Shown piece after piece: positions 12,916 to 26,552 of a DNA stretch of 64,000 bases. A program made the translations under genes and the position numbers. The notes under the pieces were generated by a model. That model saw only the letters and a list, made by a program, of their open reading frames with translations, ran no database searches and was not told where the DNA came from. Origin of the DNA: Eledone cirrhosa (lineage: Eukaryota); NCBI GenBank assembly GCA_964016885.1, contig OZ024740.1:287060001-287124000 (forward strand), in the 5' to 3' direction. Position 1 is the stretch's first letter. Every line of letters starts with the position of its first letter.

Positions 12916-15900
12916 TATACCTTTTTTCTTCATTTCTTTCTTTCTATATCTTTCTATTTTTTTTCTATTCTCTTTCACCAATGTTCTTCCTCCACCTTTC
13001 TCTCTCTTCCTTCTAGTTTTTCTCTTTCTTCTCTCTCCCCCCCCTCTCTCTCTCTTCCTTCTAGTTTTTCTCTTTCTTCTCTCTCTCTACTCCTTACTCA
13101 TTCTCCACCATTTGTCTTTTTAACTTCCACCCTCTGTCTACCTCCTTCCCACTTTTCTATTCCTCTTTCTGTACCCTGACTTTCTCAGCATCCACCACCC
13201 CTTCACTCTTCTACCCCTTTCTCATTGCTCTTCTACTCACCCCCTCATTCCTCAATCTATGCCAGTGACCCTTCGAAAAGGGGTCAACAAGCTCTGTATT
13301 AGGACATTTCTCTATAGTCTAGATATCTTGACACAGTTAAAATGTAGAGGGTGTCAGGTCAGTGAAGAGCAAAGGGGTTGTTTGCAGTTGTTTTGTGTTG
13401 TTGACATATTGTAGTAATGGTGGTAGTATAATTACTATGTAGTCTTTATAGGTGGTGTGATGTTGGTGGTGGTGCGATGAAGAAGGTGGTGTGTTGGTCT
13501 AGTGATTATGTGATATAGTCTGATGACTGTGTTTGTCTTGGTTGTAGTGGTGAATGTGAGTATAGGTAGTAGATGGTTATAGTGTGGTGATGAGAGGGTA
13601 GTTGTGAAGTGTATTGTGTCTGTGATGTAGTTATGGTGGGGTGAAGATGATTGTAATATGGTGTGAATGGTGTGTTGGTGGTGGTTGTAATATGGGAAAG
13701 TTAGTTGTGTTGTAGGGGGAGAACATATACTGAGAGAAGATGGTTGTTGTTTAGCCTCAAGTCAGCTTGGTCAAATAGACCTTATAATCTAATTCTGCTA
13801 TGATCCCTTTGTTCTTTCCAATATTGCATGCACATCTAGAACACAACATTATCCAATGTACCCTCCCTTTGCAAGATAATTGTCATTTCATGGGAATTTG
13901 CCTACTATTTCTAGTGGGATGAACGACCACATAGAGGTTTCTTCCAGTGGTTATTAGTGGTTCCTAGTGCATTTTTATTTGTCTCTATGATTCATGGTTA
14001 TGTGTATTTATCTGTGTGAGATGGTATGGTTGTTGTTTGTTCCAGTCAGGTTTCCTCTGACTCAAACATGAAAAGCATTGGATGCAGCAGGTTGGCAGTT
14101 TTTTTTTTTTCTCTTTTCTTTAGATATATTGTATCTAGGACTACATCATACAAATACATCATTTCCCTTTTAAACCCTTCACTACTAAATTTCAATGAAA
14201 TATAGTGTTTGAATCAATGAAGAGAGGGATTTACTAAAATTTTAATTATTTCATTATTAAGATGGTATTTGTAACATATAATCAATAAAAGGTATTCATG
14301 TTAAATTATATTGGTAGATTTTATTTTAAAATGAGTGTTTTTGTTTCATAGAACCAGAAGCAGTTTTGGGTGGATTGGTATCAAAAGAGTTAAGATGGTA
14401 GAATATGATTATTTGAGGATATTTAGGTGTTATTTCTTCCAGGTTGCATGACCACATAAATGCTTCGCTTGTTGTCTCATAAAATAGTATAGTTGCTTGT
14501 GGTAGCTATGTGTGTGTTTTGTGCTAGTGGTTGTGGTGGTAGATGTCTGCATTTGTTATGTTAGGGGCTTGTTGTGTATCTGTGATACATAATGGTTGTG
14601 TGAAATTGATGGTATGATTAGGAGTGGTTTGTGTGAGTGATGGTATATGGGTAAAATAGGGGTTGGTAGTATTTGCATGTATAATTCAATTATAGAGGAG
14701 CTCTGACTAGATATTTAAATAATAAAAAGGTAGTGTTGATTATTTCTAATATTTTCAGCATCAGAAATTACTACAATGTAGTTAAATGTGGTGACAGAGA
14801 AACTATTTGGGGTTAGCTAATATTATTCTTTGGCTGAGTAAGCAAGGTAGAGAACTCTGAACGTTTGTGGCTTATTAAGTTTCATTAGCACAGATTGAGA
14901 TAATTATGTAGGTGGTGATAATTGTGTGCATATAAGAGTGGTTATTATTACTTGTTTAGCCCTAGGTCAATGTTGATTGAACAGACCTATATCAAAAGTG
15001 TTCCTGTCTTGACCATCCTGTCTTTTACAGATGTATAATAGTGTATCTCTGATTACATTGTCTAATATGGAGGGGGGGGGGGGGTCGTCCAAAATAGTAG
15101 AGTAGATTTGAGCAAGATTTTGCTGTTGTTTTTGGTAGATCAAGACACCTTATAGAAGTTCCTTTGTTGGTTATAGTTGTTGTTCTCCAGACCTCAGTCA
15201 GTCTTCACTGAACAGATCTAATTATCAAAGACATTCTAGTCATGATCATCTCGGTTCTTTTTGCAGGAATTGTATATCTTTGACTACATTATTGTCCTTT
15301 CGATTTTAAAGGGTTTGAAGAAGATTTGACTGCTGCTTCTAACATGTCAAATAACTACATAGAAGCTACCTTTTTGGCTTGTGGTTCTAGTGGTTTATAG
15401 TGATATCGATTTGTGAGTGTGTGTGTGTGAGAGTGAGTGTGTGAGTGAGTGTGTGAGTGTGTGAGTGGTGGTCTTCAGTTCTAATTCAATCTTACCTTAC
15501 CACACTATTCCCTTCCCCACAGAGTGACAACACATTGTATGAAGTGAGTTCAGGGTTGTCAGGGTTGTGGTGTCAATATGATGGAGAAGAGGATGGCATA
15601 ATCTAGTGTGTGTGTGTGTATAAGTGAGTGTGTGTGTATAAGTGAGTGTGTGTGTATCTGTATGGCTTCGTTTACGTGTACAGTTTTGTGTGTATATTGG
15701 TTTGTGAGCATGCAGTTTAATGCTTATACAATCATCAGCACTATTTTAACCACCACCACCATCTCCACCACCACCATCATCATCATCACACCCTCCTCCT
15801 CCTTCCATCATCAACGTCGTCGTCATCATCATCACCATCATCATGTCCCTCCTCCCCCTCATCATCACCATCATCATCATCACCACCACCACTGCCATCA

Positions 15901-16262
15901 TTTTCATCATCATCATCATCACCCTCTGTGCATTTTTGTTATGTGTATGCGCCTACATGTGTTTTTGTGGCTTCATTATATGTACAACCACCACCACCAC
16001 CATCACCACCACCACCACCACAGCATCTTACAATGTTATCTCAGAAGAAATAGGAGCCTAGAAACTGAGAAAAATTTCATCCAGTGGACAGAGGGTTGGG
16101 AAATAGTAGTAGTAGTAGTAGTAGTAGTAGTATCTCTCTCTCTCTTTGATGGGGATGGTGGGATTTCTCTCCGCCTCCTCCACTTCACTACTACTACTAC
16201 TATGACCACTACTACTAGGTTCATCTACCAATCTTTGTATAAAGTAGTATGAGACTGTTACT

Positions 16263-16294
<32 letters not shown>

Positions 16295-18295
16295 ACTAGT
16301 TATGACACCACCAGCATCACAGCTGTCACCATCTCCTCTGACTGATAATTGCTATGTGTTCAATATATACTAGATTAACTTTACCTTAATCAATCAAATC
16401 AATTGACTGATTGGTTGATTATAAGTCTGGTAGAGGGGGTGGGCAATTTACATCCCTCCCACATGTACACAAACACACATACAGCTACCCGCAAATACAA
16501 AACACAAGCACACACCCTTACACACACAAATCACGCAGGCATACATGCCCTTACACACACACACATGCCCTTACACACACACACACACACACATATCAAG
16601 TGCTATCAGGAGTTGTTTAGCTCCAGGCTGGCTATTTCTAGTGTCCAATGAAGCTTTGTCACTGCCACACGACCTGAAGTCAAGCCAATGGGGAAGTCTT
16701 TAGATATTGATTCAATTTGCTAGGGAAAAAAAAACTCTAATCAAATTATATCCTTTTTTGCCTTAGTGTTTATCTTACTGCTCATTTTTATTGTTGTGAC
16801 CAAAATGTTTCTCACTCAAATCGATGTGTCACTCTGTTTGACTTTGGGAACCTCTTACTATTGTGGTGTCAATAATGAGTATTCCAGTTGTTTGAGAAGT
16901 GGAACACCATGCTCATAAAATTAATGTGTAAGTGGCTGAGCATTAAATAGACATGTGCATCCATAACATAATTCTCAAGAACAAAATTGGCCCTTCAAAT
17001 TACAAGTACAGCCCATCTGATGGGCTTCCAACAGTTTCCACCTATCCCATTTCACTTACAAATGACATTTGCCCAAGACACTACACAATGGGATTAAACC
17101 CAGGACCTAATAACCATTCAGCATCCACCCTATCAGCATTATCAAGGCCCTAAAGGACCTGTTTCCTACTACAAGATGGCTGGTGATAGAAGGCAGTGTT
17201 TGCACTCTGAATGCAAAGAGGCTGGATGGGACAGGTACAACAAGACATTTCATCGAACAGACCCTGAAAGGATTAAAAGCAATGTTGATTTTGGCAGAAT
17301 TTGAACCCACTGTGCAGATAGCCAGAACAAATACTAAAAGGTAGTCTATCCAACACTTAAATGACTTTGCCAGTTTACAACCCATGTCCTCAAAACATAC
17401 TTTAGTGTCTTCATAAAAAAAAAGGAACGACACATTTTCCTAAAGTAGCTTTAGTTATACAAAATGATGGGGTAGTTAAGATGAACATCTTTGGTTATAA
17501 ATCTGCTTGCTGAACTACAGCTAGACATAAACAACAACCAAAAATTTGACAGAATTATTAAATAACATCATTACATTTAAACTTCACAGCAGACTAAACA
17601 ACGCTGGGAACTCTTTCAAACAGTTATCCACATTTAGATAAAGCTGTGCAATGTTTGCTTAATCAATCACTCATTGCTGTTGTGTCTCCTGCTGTGTCAT
17701 CTGTTTCCACAGGGAAGACATTTGCATCTCTTACATGCTTCAAAGCATTTGCCTAAAATTGTCTGGCTACCTGATAGCCAGACAAGCTGGTGCTTTGTAT
17801 TTTAAGATTTAAATTACAACCATGTTGAGTCATGTGGTCATTTAAGCCAAACACACACGTGTGCACGCACACATGCACACACATTAGTATTGTTAATAAA
17901 GAAATAACAAACATTTATAGATGAAAAGATTCAACAGAATCAAATGTACTATAGAAAAAAAGCGGTTGACTGTCATTTCGAGTTTCAAGGCTTGTCTGAG
18001 ACACTGTGTGTCTATGATCACATTATCCAATATTTCTTTTTCATTTAAAGACTGCAGGTTTTAATTTGAAGGAGTTTTGGTTCTTATCTTCTGAGATTTG
18101 TGCAGCTTGAAAAAGTTAGTTTTCTGAAATCAAAATTCAGATTTTACTCATTAGTTTTAATGAAAACAAATTATTGCAAATCCACCAAAAACCTAAGAGT
18201 TACAGCTATATTTTCTCTTGAAAATATTTATAACCCTGTACTACATGAAATTGCATTAGTAAGATATTCTTGAAATGTACAAGACAACAGAATGA

Positions 18296-19206
18296 CATCA
18301 TCATCATCATCATCACACGTCCGTTCTTCCACGCTAGCATGGGTTAGACGGGTTGTCCTGTTGTGGGCAGTGTCTGGTCGGCTGACCATGCCTTGCTCAT
18401 ACAGGAACTGATTTGGCTTGATTTCTACAGCTGGATGCCCTTCCTAACACCAACCTCATTTACAGTGAGTGCTGGGTGCTTTTTCGTGGCGCCTACACGT
18501 CCACTTTACAGTGAGGGCTGGGTGCTTTTTTGCCGTGGCAGCTCCACGACCACCTTGCAGTGGGGGGTGTGGGGGCATATTGTCTATATGCTTCAGCTTG
18601 TACCCATGGGAGGTCGGGTACTCTGTATTACTGCGTGACGCCAGAAGTCACGGTCGTGTGTCATTGACTTTGAGAGGTGTAATTGGGTAAGGTCGCCTTT
18701 TATCACCTCATCCCAGGTCATCTTGGGTCTCCCCACTCCGCTGTTTCCATCAACTTCTAGTGCTCTGCACCTTTTTATGCAGCTGTCATCCTTCATACGC
18801 ATCACATGTCCATACCAGCGCAACCGCCTCTCCTGCACACAGTGTTTGATTCCTCTTATGCTCAGTCTCTCTCTCAATTCATTTATGCTTTGTCGTTCAC
18901 GTATATTACTGTTACACATCCATCGGAGCATGCAGGCTTCGTTTCTCTTTAATCTACGTAAATCTTCCACCTTCAGCGCCCAGGTCTCACTACCATGCAA
19001 CATTGCTGTTCGGATACACGCATCATACAGTCTGCCTTTCATTCTGAGGGAGAAGCCTTTTGCAGCTAGCAATGGTAGTAGTTCCCTAAACTTCTTCCAT
19101 CCCGTTCTTACCCTAGTTATTGTACTTTCTGAGCACCCACCTCCGTTGCTAATTCGGTCACCTAGGTAGCAGAAGCTGTCTACTGTTTCTACAGGGCCCT
19201 CCCTGC
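18296..19206 (-). mobile_element. RTE-clade LINE 3' fragment with ORF end and about 300-nt 3' UTR
   Basis: ORF 18593-19072 has MLHGSETW, RRLRWYGHVMR and GRPKMTW motifs; upstream sequence reads VDSFCYLGD; (GAT)n tail at 18296-18314. Confidence 0.9.
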
Positions 19207-20228
19207 ATCACATTAAACAGTTTTAAGTTTTTACTTTAGTTTGCTGAAAATTTTCACTAATTTACTAAATAACAGTAAACATTGAATTTAGAAACTTTTT
19301 TTTGTTATTATCAAAAGGTTTTGATATTTATAAATTATTAGAGGATCTTAAGAGTTAATGTTATTTAGCCCCAGTTCAGTCCTGACCCTCCAGATCTATG
19401 ATGAAAGAGATTCCAGTCATTATGATCCAGATTCAGTCCATTTTTAAACAATAGAGTGTGGTTTGAGCGAAATTTGGTTGCTTTTTCTAGCAATTCAAGA
19501 GGACATGGAGAGGTTTCCTCATTGGCTTGTGTTGACTTAAGATGATGTAACTGCATTTTTTAAATGAAAACTTCAGTCAATTTAAAAGTAATCCTTACAG
19601 TTTTTAATATTGATTTCAGAATATATAATATATATTTGCTGTAGTAATGTATTTTTTGTCTAATTGACCTTAACTTCAACCACACTTGTCTTTAACTGCA
19701 ACATTTAACCCTCACTTGATGTTTTGGTGGAAAGAAATCAGATCCATGTAAACTATACTTGACTGTATGGTTTTATTTCTAATACTTATCTATATATTAT
19801 CTTATATTTATTATTATTTTTAGTCTGAAAAAGAGAACTCGAAATTAATTGTTTTGTGTTGTAATCAAAGTGAGAAGGCAAGAGTTAGTTTTAGCAGTAT
19901 GGAGCTCTATGTTAGGCAGTGGTGGTGGAGTGTTGTGTTACTGTGAGTAGCTTCTGGGTCCTGGAGAGCCAAGGAGGGGGCCCTGCAAATATTTGATACC
20001 TCTTCCTACTCAAAGTGAACCTCTCACCCCACTTTAATCCTCAGACGAATACATACTCCCTCCACCCCAACCCACCCCTACCCGAAAGCAGTTTTGTTCT
20101 GCCTTGCAAAATTTCTCTCAGAGGTCCTGATGTGGAGCACAATTATCAATACCTAGAGTTACAACACTAACTAAAAATAACAAGAACTGAAAATAACTTC
20201 TAAGAAGGTTATTTTTATTGTTGTTGTT

Positions 20229-20252
20229 ATCATCATCATCATCATCATCATT

Positions 20253-20295
<43 letters not shown>

Positions 20296-20325
20296 ACATC
20301 ATCATCATCATCGTCGTTGTTGTTG
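20229..20325. repeat. (CAT)n trinucleotide microsatellite
   Basis: Directly visible; similar CAT/CAC tracts at 15750-16020 and TGC/GTT/GGT tracts at 39930-40195. Confidence 0.97.
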
Positions 20326-20329
20326 TGGG

Positions 20330-20820
20330 TGGTAGATTGGCAGTATTGTTAAAATACCAGACAAAACAGCTTTGTAGCATTTAGTTACAGCCTTTTATGT
20401 CCCGATGTAAAATCCCTCTGAGGTTAGCTTTGCTTTTCATCCATAGAAGGGTTGATAAAATAAAGTACCAGCAATGCATTGGGGACAATTTAATAGACTT
20501 ATCCCTCGCCCAAAATTGTTGGCTTTGTGCCTAAATCAGAAAACATTATTATTAATGGCCCATTATTATGGTTATGTGTGGGATAGGTGCATAGCCAACT
20601 TGTTAAAAAGTTTGCTTCCCAGTCACAGAGTTATGGGCTCGATTCTACTGAAGAGCACCTTTATGTTCTGAGTTTAAAAAGCACATTGAAATAAACTTTG
20701 CAATTTATCTTCACTTGGTCAGTGATAAAATAAGTACCAATTCAGTTCTAATGTTGATTAAATTGGCTTCATTCTTCTCCGCAAATTGTTGCTTTGTGCA
20801 AACACTGGAACTTAATTATT
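20330..20820 (+). mobile_element. Older SINE family 1 copies
   Basis: Degenerate A-box, B-box and gataaaataaagtaccag blocks. Confidence 0.65.
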
Positions 20821-21074
20821 AATATTATCTCTTTGAACCCTAGGCCTCTGCCATGTGTGTGGGCTTCCACACAGACATCACTGAAGAAAATCTATTCGTC
20901 AATTAAATCTGAATAATGGCAATGCCTTATTGAAGAATTTATGCTAAAATGATTGTGGATCTGTGCAGAAAGCAGTTTAAAAAACTAGTAAACAAAAGTG
21001 CATGGCAGAATGGAGTTCTGCAATGGCAGGATATAGTCAAACATTATCAGTACAGGAATACCAGGCCAGTGGCT

Positions 21075-21303
21075 TTAACCCTTTAGCATTTAAACTGGCC
21101 ATATCCAGCCAGAATCTCTCATCTCTTTCTGTTCAAACTAGCTGCAACTGGCCACTCATACTGATGTTAAGGTATTGTTCTCAAAATATATAGTATCAAA
21201 ATCTCATAGATTCGATATTATGTGAGATAATTATATGAGGTAAAAGCCTATACCATGAAAATACAATAGTATATATAGAGTAATGTAAATGCTAAATGGT
21301 TAA
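21075..21303 (+). mobile_element. TTAA MITE family A
   Basis: ttaaccctttagcattt ... aaatgctaaatggttaa. Confidence 0.85.
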
Positions 21304-21419
21304 TGCATTCTTCATTTCAAGTTGAAATCTTGACATTACCATTCATCCTTCTAAGATCATTGAAATAACTACCATACAAGCATTGGGATTGTTAGAGATC
21401 ATCATTACCATTGTTAGAG

Positions 21420-21802
21420 TGGTAGATTTGAGAAAATGTCTTGTAATATTTGATTACAGCATTCTATGTTCAAATCCCATCAAAGCCAACTTTGCCTTTC
21501 ATCCTTCCAGGGTAATAAAATAAAGTACCAGTTAAGTACTGAGGTTAATATAATCAACTTTCCTCTCTCAACAGATTGTTGTTCTTTTACCTAAATCAGA
21601 AATCATTATTTTTGTTATTGGCAGTATCGGTAGAGCGTCAGACACCATGCTTTGCAGCATAGGAATTATAGCCCTTTAGGATCTGAGTTCAAATCTCGCC
21701 AGGTTAACTTTGCCTTTCATCCTTATGGGGTCGATAAAATAAAGTACCAGTAATGTACTGGGTAATTGCTGGCCTTGTGCCTAAAGTAGAAACAATTATT
21801 AT
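21420..21802 (+). mobile_element. Two SINE family 1 copies (old and young)
   Basis: Consensus blocks at 21470-21610 and 21617-21802. Confidence 0.82.
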
Positions 21803-23094
21803 TAGTTGTACTGTTGCATCATCAGCAACTGGGATATGGGAGTCATGTTTTACACATTCTAGTCAATAGTGTCTGTTAATTCTTTCTGAATATGACTTCC
21901 TTTAACTATAGTTAGGTCACTACGTAGATAGCTTTTTGTGTCCCTTCCAACTAAATAGTCTCACTCAACCAACTGTCTTATTATGAGGAAGGACATATTT
22001 GATAATGTAGTTCTCGATACATTTTGTTTGAATGAAAGGCAGAATGGTCATGCTGGAATGTCTTTGATTATAAGTCAATTTTAGCAAGGTTGGAATGGGA
22101 TGAAACAACAACAGTAACAAGAAAAAGGCAAACTGTTTAGTCAAGTAAATTATGTGAATGTACAATGGATTAAGACATGACTTGAACGTTATACTATTGA
22201 GAAGACATTGTCTGCTTTTAATTTCCTTCGTCCTAATAAGATATTAAGCTCAATTTAGTTGCCTCTGTATTCCCAGCTTTTACAAATCTCATGCCTATTC
22301 AAATGTAATTTTTATGTCAGTACAGAAAACTATAATTAAAACATCAAATATTAATGAAAAACAACTTATTAAAAATAAAATCAAATGTCATGCGGTTAAC
22401 ATGTGGTTATCATCTCAATTATCCTGAAGGATATCATCTGGCTATCATGTATTATTAGTCTGGGTACCATCTGTTAGTAATAATAACAAAATCATCTTGT
22501 AATTAATTGAATACGTTAAGTATGTAAGTTTGACACATTCATTTAACATTGCAACCATAGTTTGTATGGTTGTGTAGGCAAAACAACAAACCAAAGAAAT
22601 AAAAAAGGTGTATTTTATTGCAAATTAATATTCTAATACTTAGAAGTATTGAGCAAGGATTTGATTGAAAAGAAATTATCAATTGACTGAGAACTGCAAT
22701 TTTTTTTTTGCACTGATTGAGACTTTAATCAATTAATTGATTGAGAATTGCAATTTTTTTTTTTTAACAACTGCCATATGGTCTCTTCAAAATGTTGAAT
22801 ACAAAACTAAAGAAGCTCACTGTATTTCATAAAAATCAGAAATGTTGATTTATTTGTACGATTATTAATTATTTTTGTATTAAATCCTTGGTGATTACTA
22901 TTTAATAGTAGTGACTTTTAAATATCTATTTTTACTGCAATATCAAACAAAATTTGTTTTATGAACATTGTTTGCATTCCAATCTGTGCTGATATATTTA
23001 CCATCCTAGTAGACATATTTCACTTGAAAAGCACTCAATCTCTTGTGGCTTTCTTATTGAAACTTTCTGATTTGCCAGGGGTCATTCAATAGTG

Positions 23095-23333
23095 TTAACT
23101 CTTTTGCTACCAATCCCACTGAAATTGTTTCTGATTCTAGGAAGAGATACCATATTTAAATTGAAACCTATTATAGTTTTTTTTATAAGAGCCTTTTAAA
23201 TTATGTTCTGAACACCAATTTGAGTAAATTAGTTATTTTATTAAATCCCTCATTTTTTTATATTCTTTAAAAAATTAATTGGAAATCATAGGTAGCATAT
23301 ATTTCATTGCAAATATGATAACAAAAGGGTTAA
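23095..23333. mobile_element. TTAA MITE family B (older)
   Basis: ttaactcttttgctacc ... gataacaaaagggttaa; related copies at about 14170-14393, 59190-59442 and 3105-3344. Confidence 0.6.
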
Positions 23334-23537
23334 CCCTTTAGCATTTAAACTGGCCGTGTCTGGCCAGAATTCTCTCACATCTTTCTGTTCAAACTGGCCA
23401 TAACCAGCTGCTTATTAAGGTATTGTTCTCAAAATAAATAATATTAAAATCTCATAGATTCGATATTATATGAAATAAAATGTTTACTGTGAAAATACAA
23501 TGGTAAATATAGTGTAATGTAAATGCTAAAGGGTTCA
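23330..23537 (+). mobile_element. TTAA MITE family A (abuts a family B copy)
   Basis: ttaaccctttagcattt ... aaatgctaaagggttca. Confidence 0.85.
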
Positions 23538-24832
23538 GTTGATGATAAGATACTATGACAGTCTGTTTTTGCTAGCATCTTCAGAATATCTAATACCATA
23601 TATTCCCTAAACAATTAGATGAATTGAGGCATGTAGAATTTAATGCTCTGCTGAGAAACACTGTAAAATGCTAACATGTAATTTTAACCTACAACCTATG
23701 AAATAGTAGCCCAATTACTTTCTTCACTTTATGTAGCTTCTATACTGTGTGAATATAGGTAGTGTTATAGTCATTGTTTCTGTTTAGCTCCAGGTCAAAC
23801 ATTCCTGCGGTGACTATCAGTCTTACTCAGACATTGTCATATCTGGGATTACACTGTCCTTCAATAGGAGATAAATTAAGTTTCTATTTTTAGCAGATCA
23901 AGCAGCTACTTAGAAACTTTGACTCAAAATCATTCCAGCAATAACTATTCCTTCTTTTTTTTATATATATATCTAAGACCACATTGTCCAATGGTCTTAC
24001 TTTTAAAGACTGGTATGATGAGGGTTGAGAGAGATTTGATTGCTATCTCTATTTACTATTGGTATTCTTCCACCTTCACCTATCCATCATTTACTCTCTT
24101 ACTCATTGTCATGTCACTGACACATCATTCAGTTCACCTTTTGTTCCACATACAGACATAGTAGTTCCCCAAAACTTGTTTTTTATCTACCAACTCTTTA
24201 CTCTAGATAATACAATATCTCTGACCCCTTAGCCCTACCATTCACAGTACTAATTAGGTCAGGTAGGTTGTAGATCCTATTTATCTACTGCTGATAGTGA
24301 ACTTCCATATAGTCTATTGTCTTTTATTTTCCCTTGCCCTACACACACACATTCTTATATCTCTGTTATACCAATTTAGTTCAAGTAACTACAATATGTG
24401 TTGGTTTCTAAACAAAACATTTATTTAGCATGAAAAAGAACAAAAAGCACCAACTTCAAAATTCTTCCACACCCACCATTTTACACTATATCTTAACTAG
24501 AATCTTATATGCAGCATTTACAGTTTTGGTTGAACTGCTTGACACTTTCTCATTCACACAAAAATAAGAAAGGCAGATAGCAAGAAAGAAAAATAACATA
24601 CATATCATCATCAGTGAATTCCTTACCTCTGGAAATATCATTCACAAACTGGTTTTCTTTCATGTAGGAATTCTTGAGAAAAATATACTAGAGAGTGACA
24701 TGTCTGTTGGCAGTTGGGGCATTGCTAAAGAACTGTCCTTCCCATGATAATTCTAGTGAACATAAACTAAGCAATCTCATAACACTGTTAGTTGTCAGCT
24801 GCCACTGAAGAAAGAGTTCTTAAGAATGAGTA

Positions 24833-25055
24833 AATTTGAAAATGTGAGAGTCCCAAGTGCAGAAAATAACTGTAATAACAGTTGATCACTATAGATAATA
24901 ATTGAGAAAATTGGATAAATTACCCTTAGAGTTGAAAATAAAGTGCACAGAGGTGTCTCTAAGGGTAATTTACTCAATTTTCTCAACTATTAACTATAGT
25001 GATTAACTGTTGTTACAGTTATTTTCTTTATTTGGGACTCTCACACTTTCAAATT
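24833..25055. repeat. Long imperfect inverted repeat (about 98-bp arms, about 26-nt loop)
   Basis: aatttgaaaatgtgagagtcccaa...ttacccttagag pairs with ctctaagggtaa...ttgggactctcacactttcaaatt. Confidence 0.9.
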
Positions 25056-25463
25056 CCAAACACTTCCAGTGCTTCGCTAATTCATGAGGTCTAAGAAAGG
25101 TTATTATACTGGAATGGTTTCTCATTGCCTTCTTCAGGCTCATAGGAGAAGATGAACTCAGCACTGCAAGCTACTAACCTATTTGTCAATTTTACAGTGT
25201 TTCCATTGTTTAGAAAAGTGAGTTGGTCCTATCCTGTGGTGCCTGTTTACATCTAGGTGGACTGAACCATTTAAGAGATAAGTGTCTTGGCTAAAGATAT
25301 GACACCACATAAATTACTATAGAATATGAATTAAGAACCCTTTCAACTGATTTTCCACTACCCTGTCTACTTGGCCACCCACACTCTCCTATGTTTATAG
25401 GTAATCATATTTTTGTATAATAGTTTCAAAGTGCAATAAAACAGCAGATCTTAAAAAGATAAA

Positions 25464-25648
25464 ATAATTGTTTCTACTTTAGGCACAAGGCCAGCAATTA
25501 CCCAGTGCATTACTGGTTCTTTATTTTATCGACCCCGTAAGGATGAAAGGCAAAGTCAACCTCGGCGGGATTTGAACTCGGATCGTAAAGGGACGTAACT
25601 ATGCTGGAAAGCATGGCGTCCGACTCTCTACCGATACTGCCAATCCCC
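25464..25648 (-). mobile_element. SINE family 1, full length
   Basis: Reverse complement of the consensus; TSD ttaaaaagataaaataat. Confidence 0.9.
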
Positions 25649-25984
25649 CATTTTAAAAAGATAAAATAATATTACATGATTAATATGTACTAGGAAAAAT
25701 CATACTTATAAATACATTTGTATTTTCAAAACCTTAACCTTATGGTCATCATATCTTATTCTGTGATTATTGGCATACTTTAGTAGTATATAATATACTT
25801 TTACATAATAATACAAAAGTGAATATATCAGTCTCCATCACAATACAGTTGTTATATATGTGTGTATGTGGATGCAAAAAGTAAATTTAAAAAATACATC
25901 GTTTAACGTCGATCTTCGATGATGATGTACATACATTAAATGAAGATATATTACTTTGTTTGATGCACGTACACACACACACAG

Positions 25985-26405
25985 ACCCATGTTCCCATGG
26001 GCACAGGCTGAAGCTGAAGCATGCATATATGTAGTATGCACCACTTCCACTCCACCTCCCATACATCTCTCATGAGGACAGGCTGTAGCATATGTCCAGT
26101 GAAGCCTCCAGCCCACACTGTAAAGTGGTTGTGTAGGAGACATGGCAAAAAGCACCCAGTACACACTGTAAATGCGGTTGGCGTTAGGCAGGGCATCCAA
26201 CCATAGAAACCAAGCCAGAAACAGTTCTATTTGAGCAAGACACAGTCACCTGACCCAACTTGCTTCAAACAGGAGAACCCACCTAACTCATGCTAGCGTG
26301 GAGAAATGGATGTTAAACTGTCATGATGATGATGATGTGTGTGAAGACCGGTCCAACCCTTGCTATCAAGGAAAGTGGATGTTAAATGATGATGATGATG
26401 ATGAT
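25985..26405 (+). mobile_element. RTE 3'-UTR-derived repeat
   Basis: Starts at the end-of-ORF sequence cccatgggcacaggctgaagc and ends in (GAT)n; related copies at 9774-9935 (-), 11000-11378, 50545-50805 and 53785-54060. Confidence 0.75.
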
Positions 26406-26420
26406 ATATATATATATATA

Positions 26421-26552
26421 TAGGAAAAGAGTCAAGACCCCAACAGCTGAGCTCCAGCCATTCCGACAGCTAGATCTGAACACTGCCGAAGTGGCTGGAG
26501 CTCAGTCGGCGGGGTCCTGACTCTTTTCCTATTACCCACTCTACTACTCTAA
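26421..26552 (+). mobile_element. Second copy of the (TA)n-embedded inverted-repeat element
   Basis: taggaaaa...ttttccta palindrome followed by ttacccactctactac(t/c)ctaa, as at 42866-42886. Confidence 0.6.

Noticed and set aside
12273-13179. Long Cys/Val/Tyr- or His/Thr-rich ORFs (also 33079-33449, 40743-41160, 45556-46471)
   Set aside because: Translations of (TG)n, (TA)n and (CA)n microsatellites.
15608-16294. Poly-His and poly-Thr ORFs (also 20171-20380, 39863-40175, 55644-55958)
   Set aside because: Trinucleotide microsatellites without splice or domain support.
24627-24755. Minus-strand exon candidate with a gtaag donor
   Set aside because: All three frames contain stops from the best acceptor, and the peptide is not recognisable.
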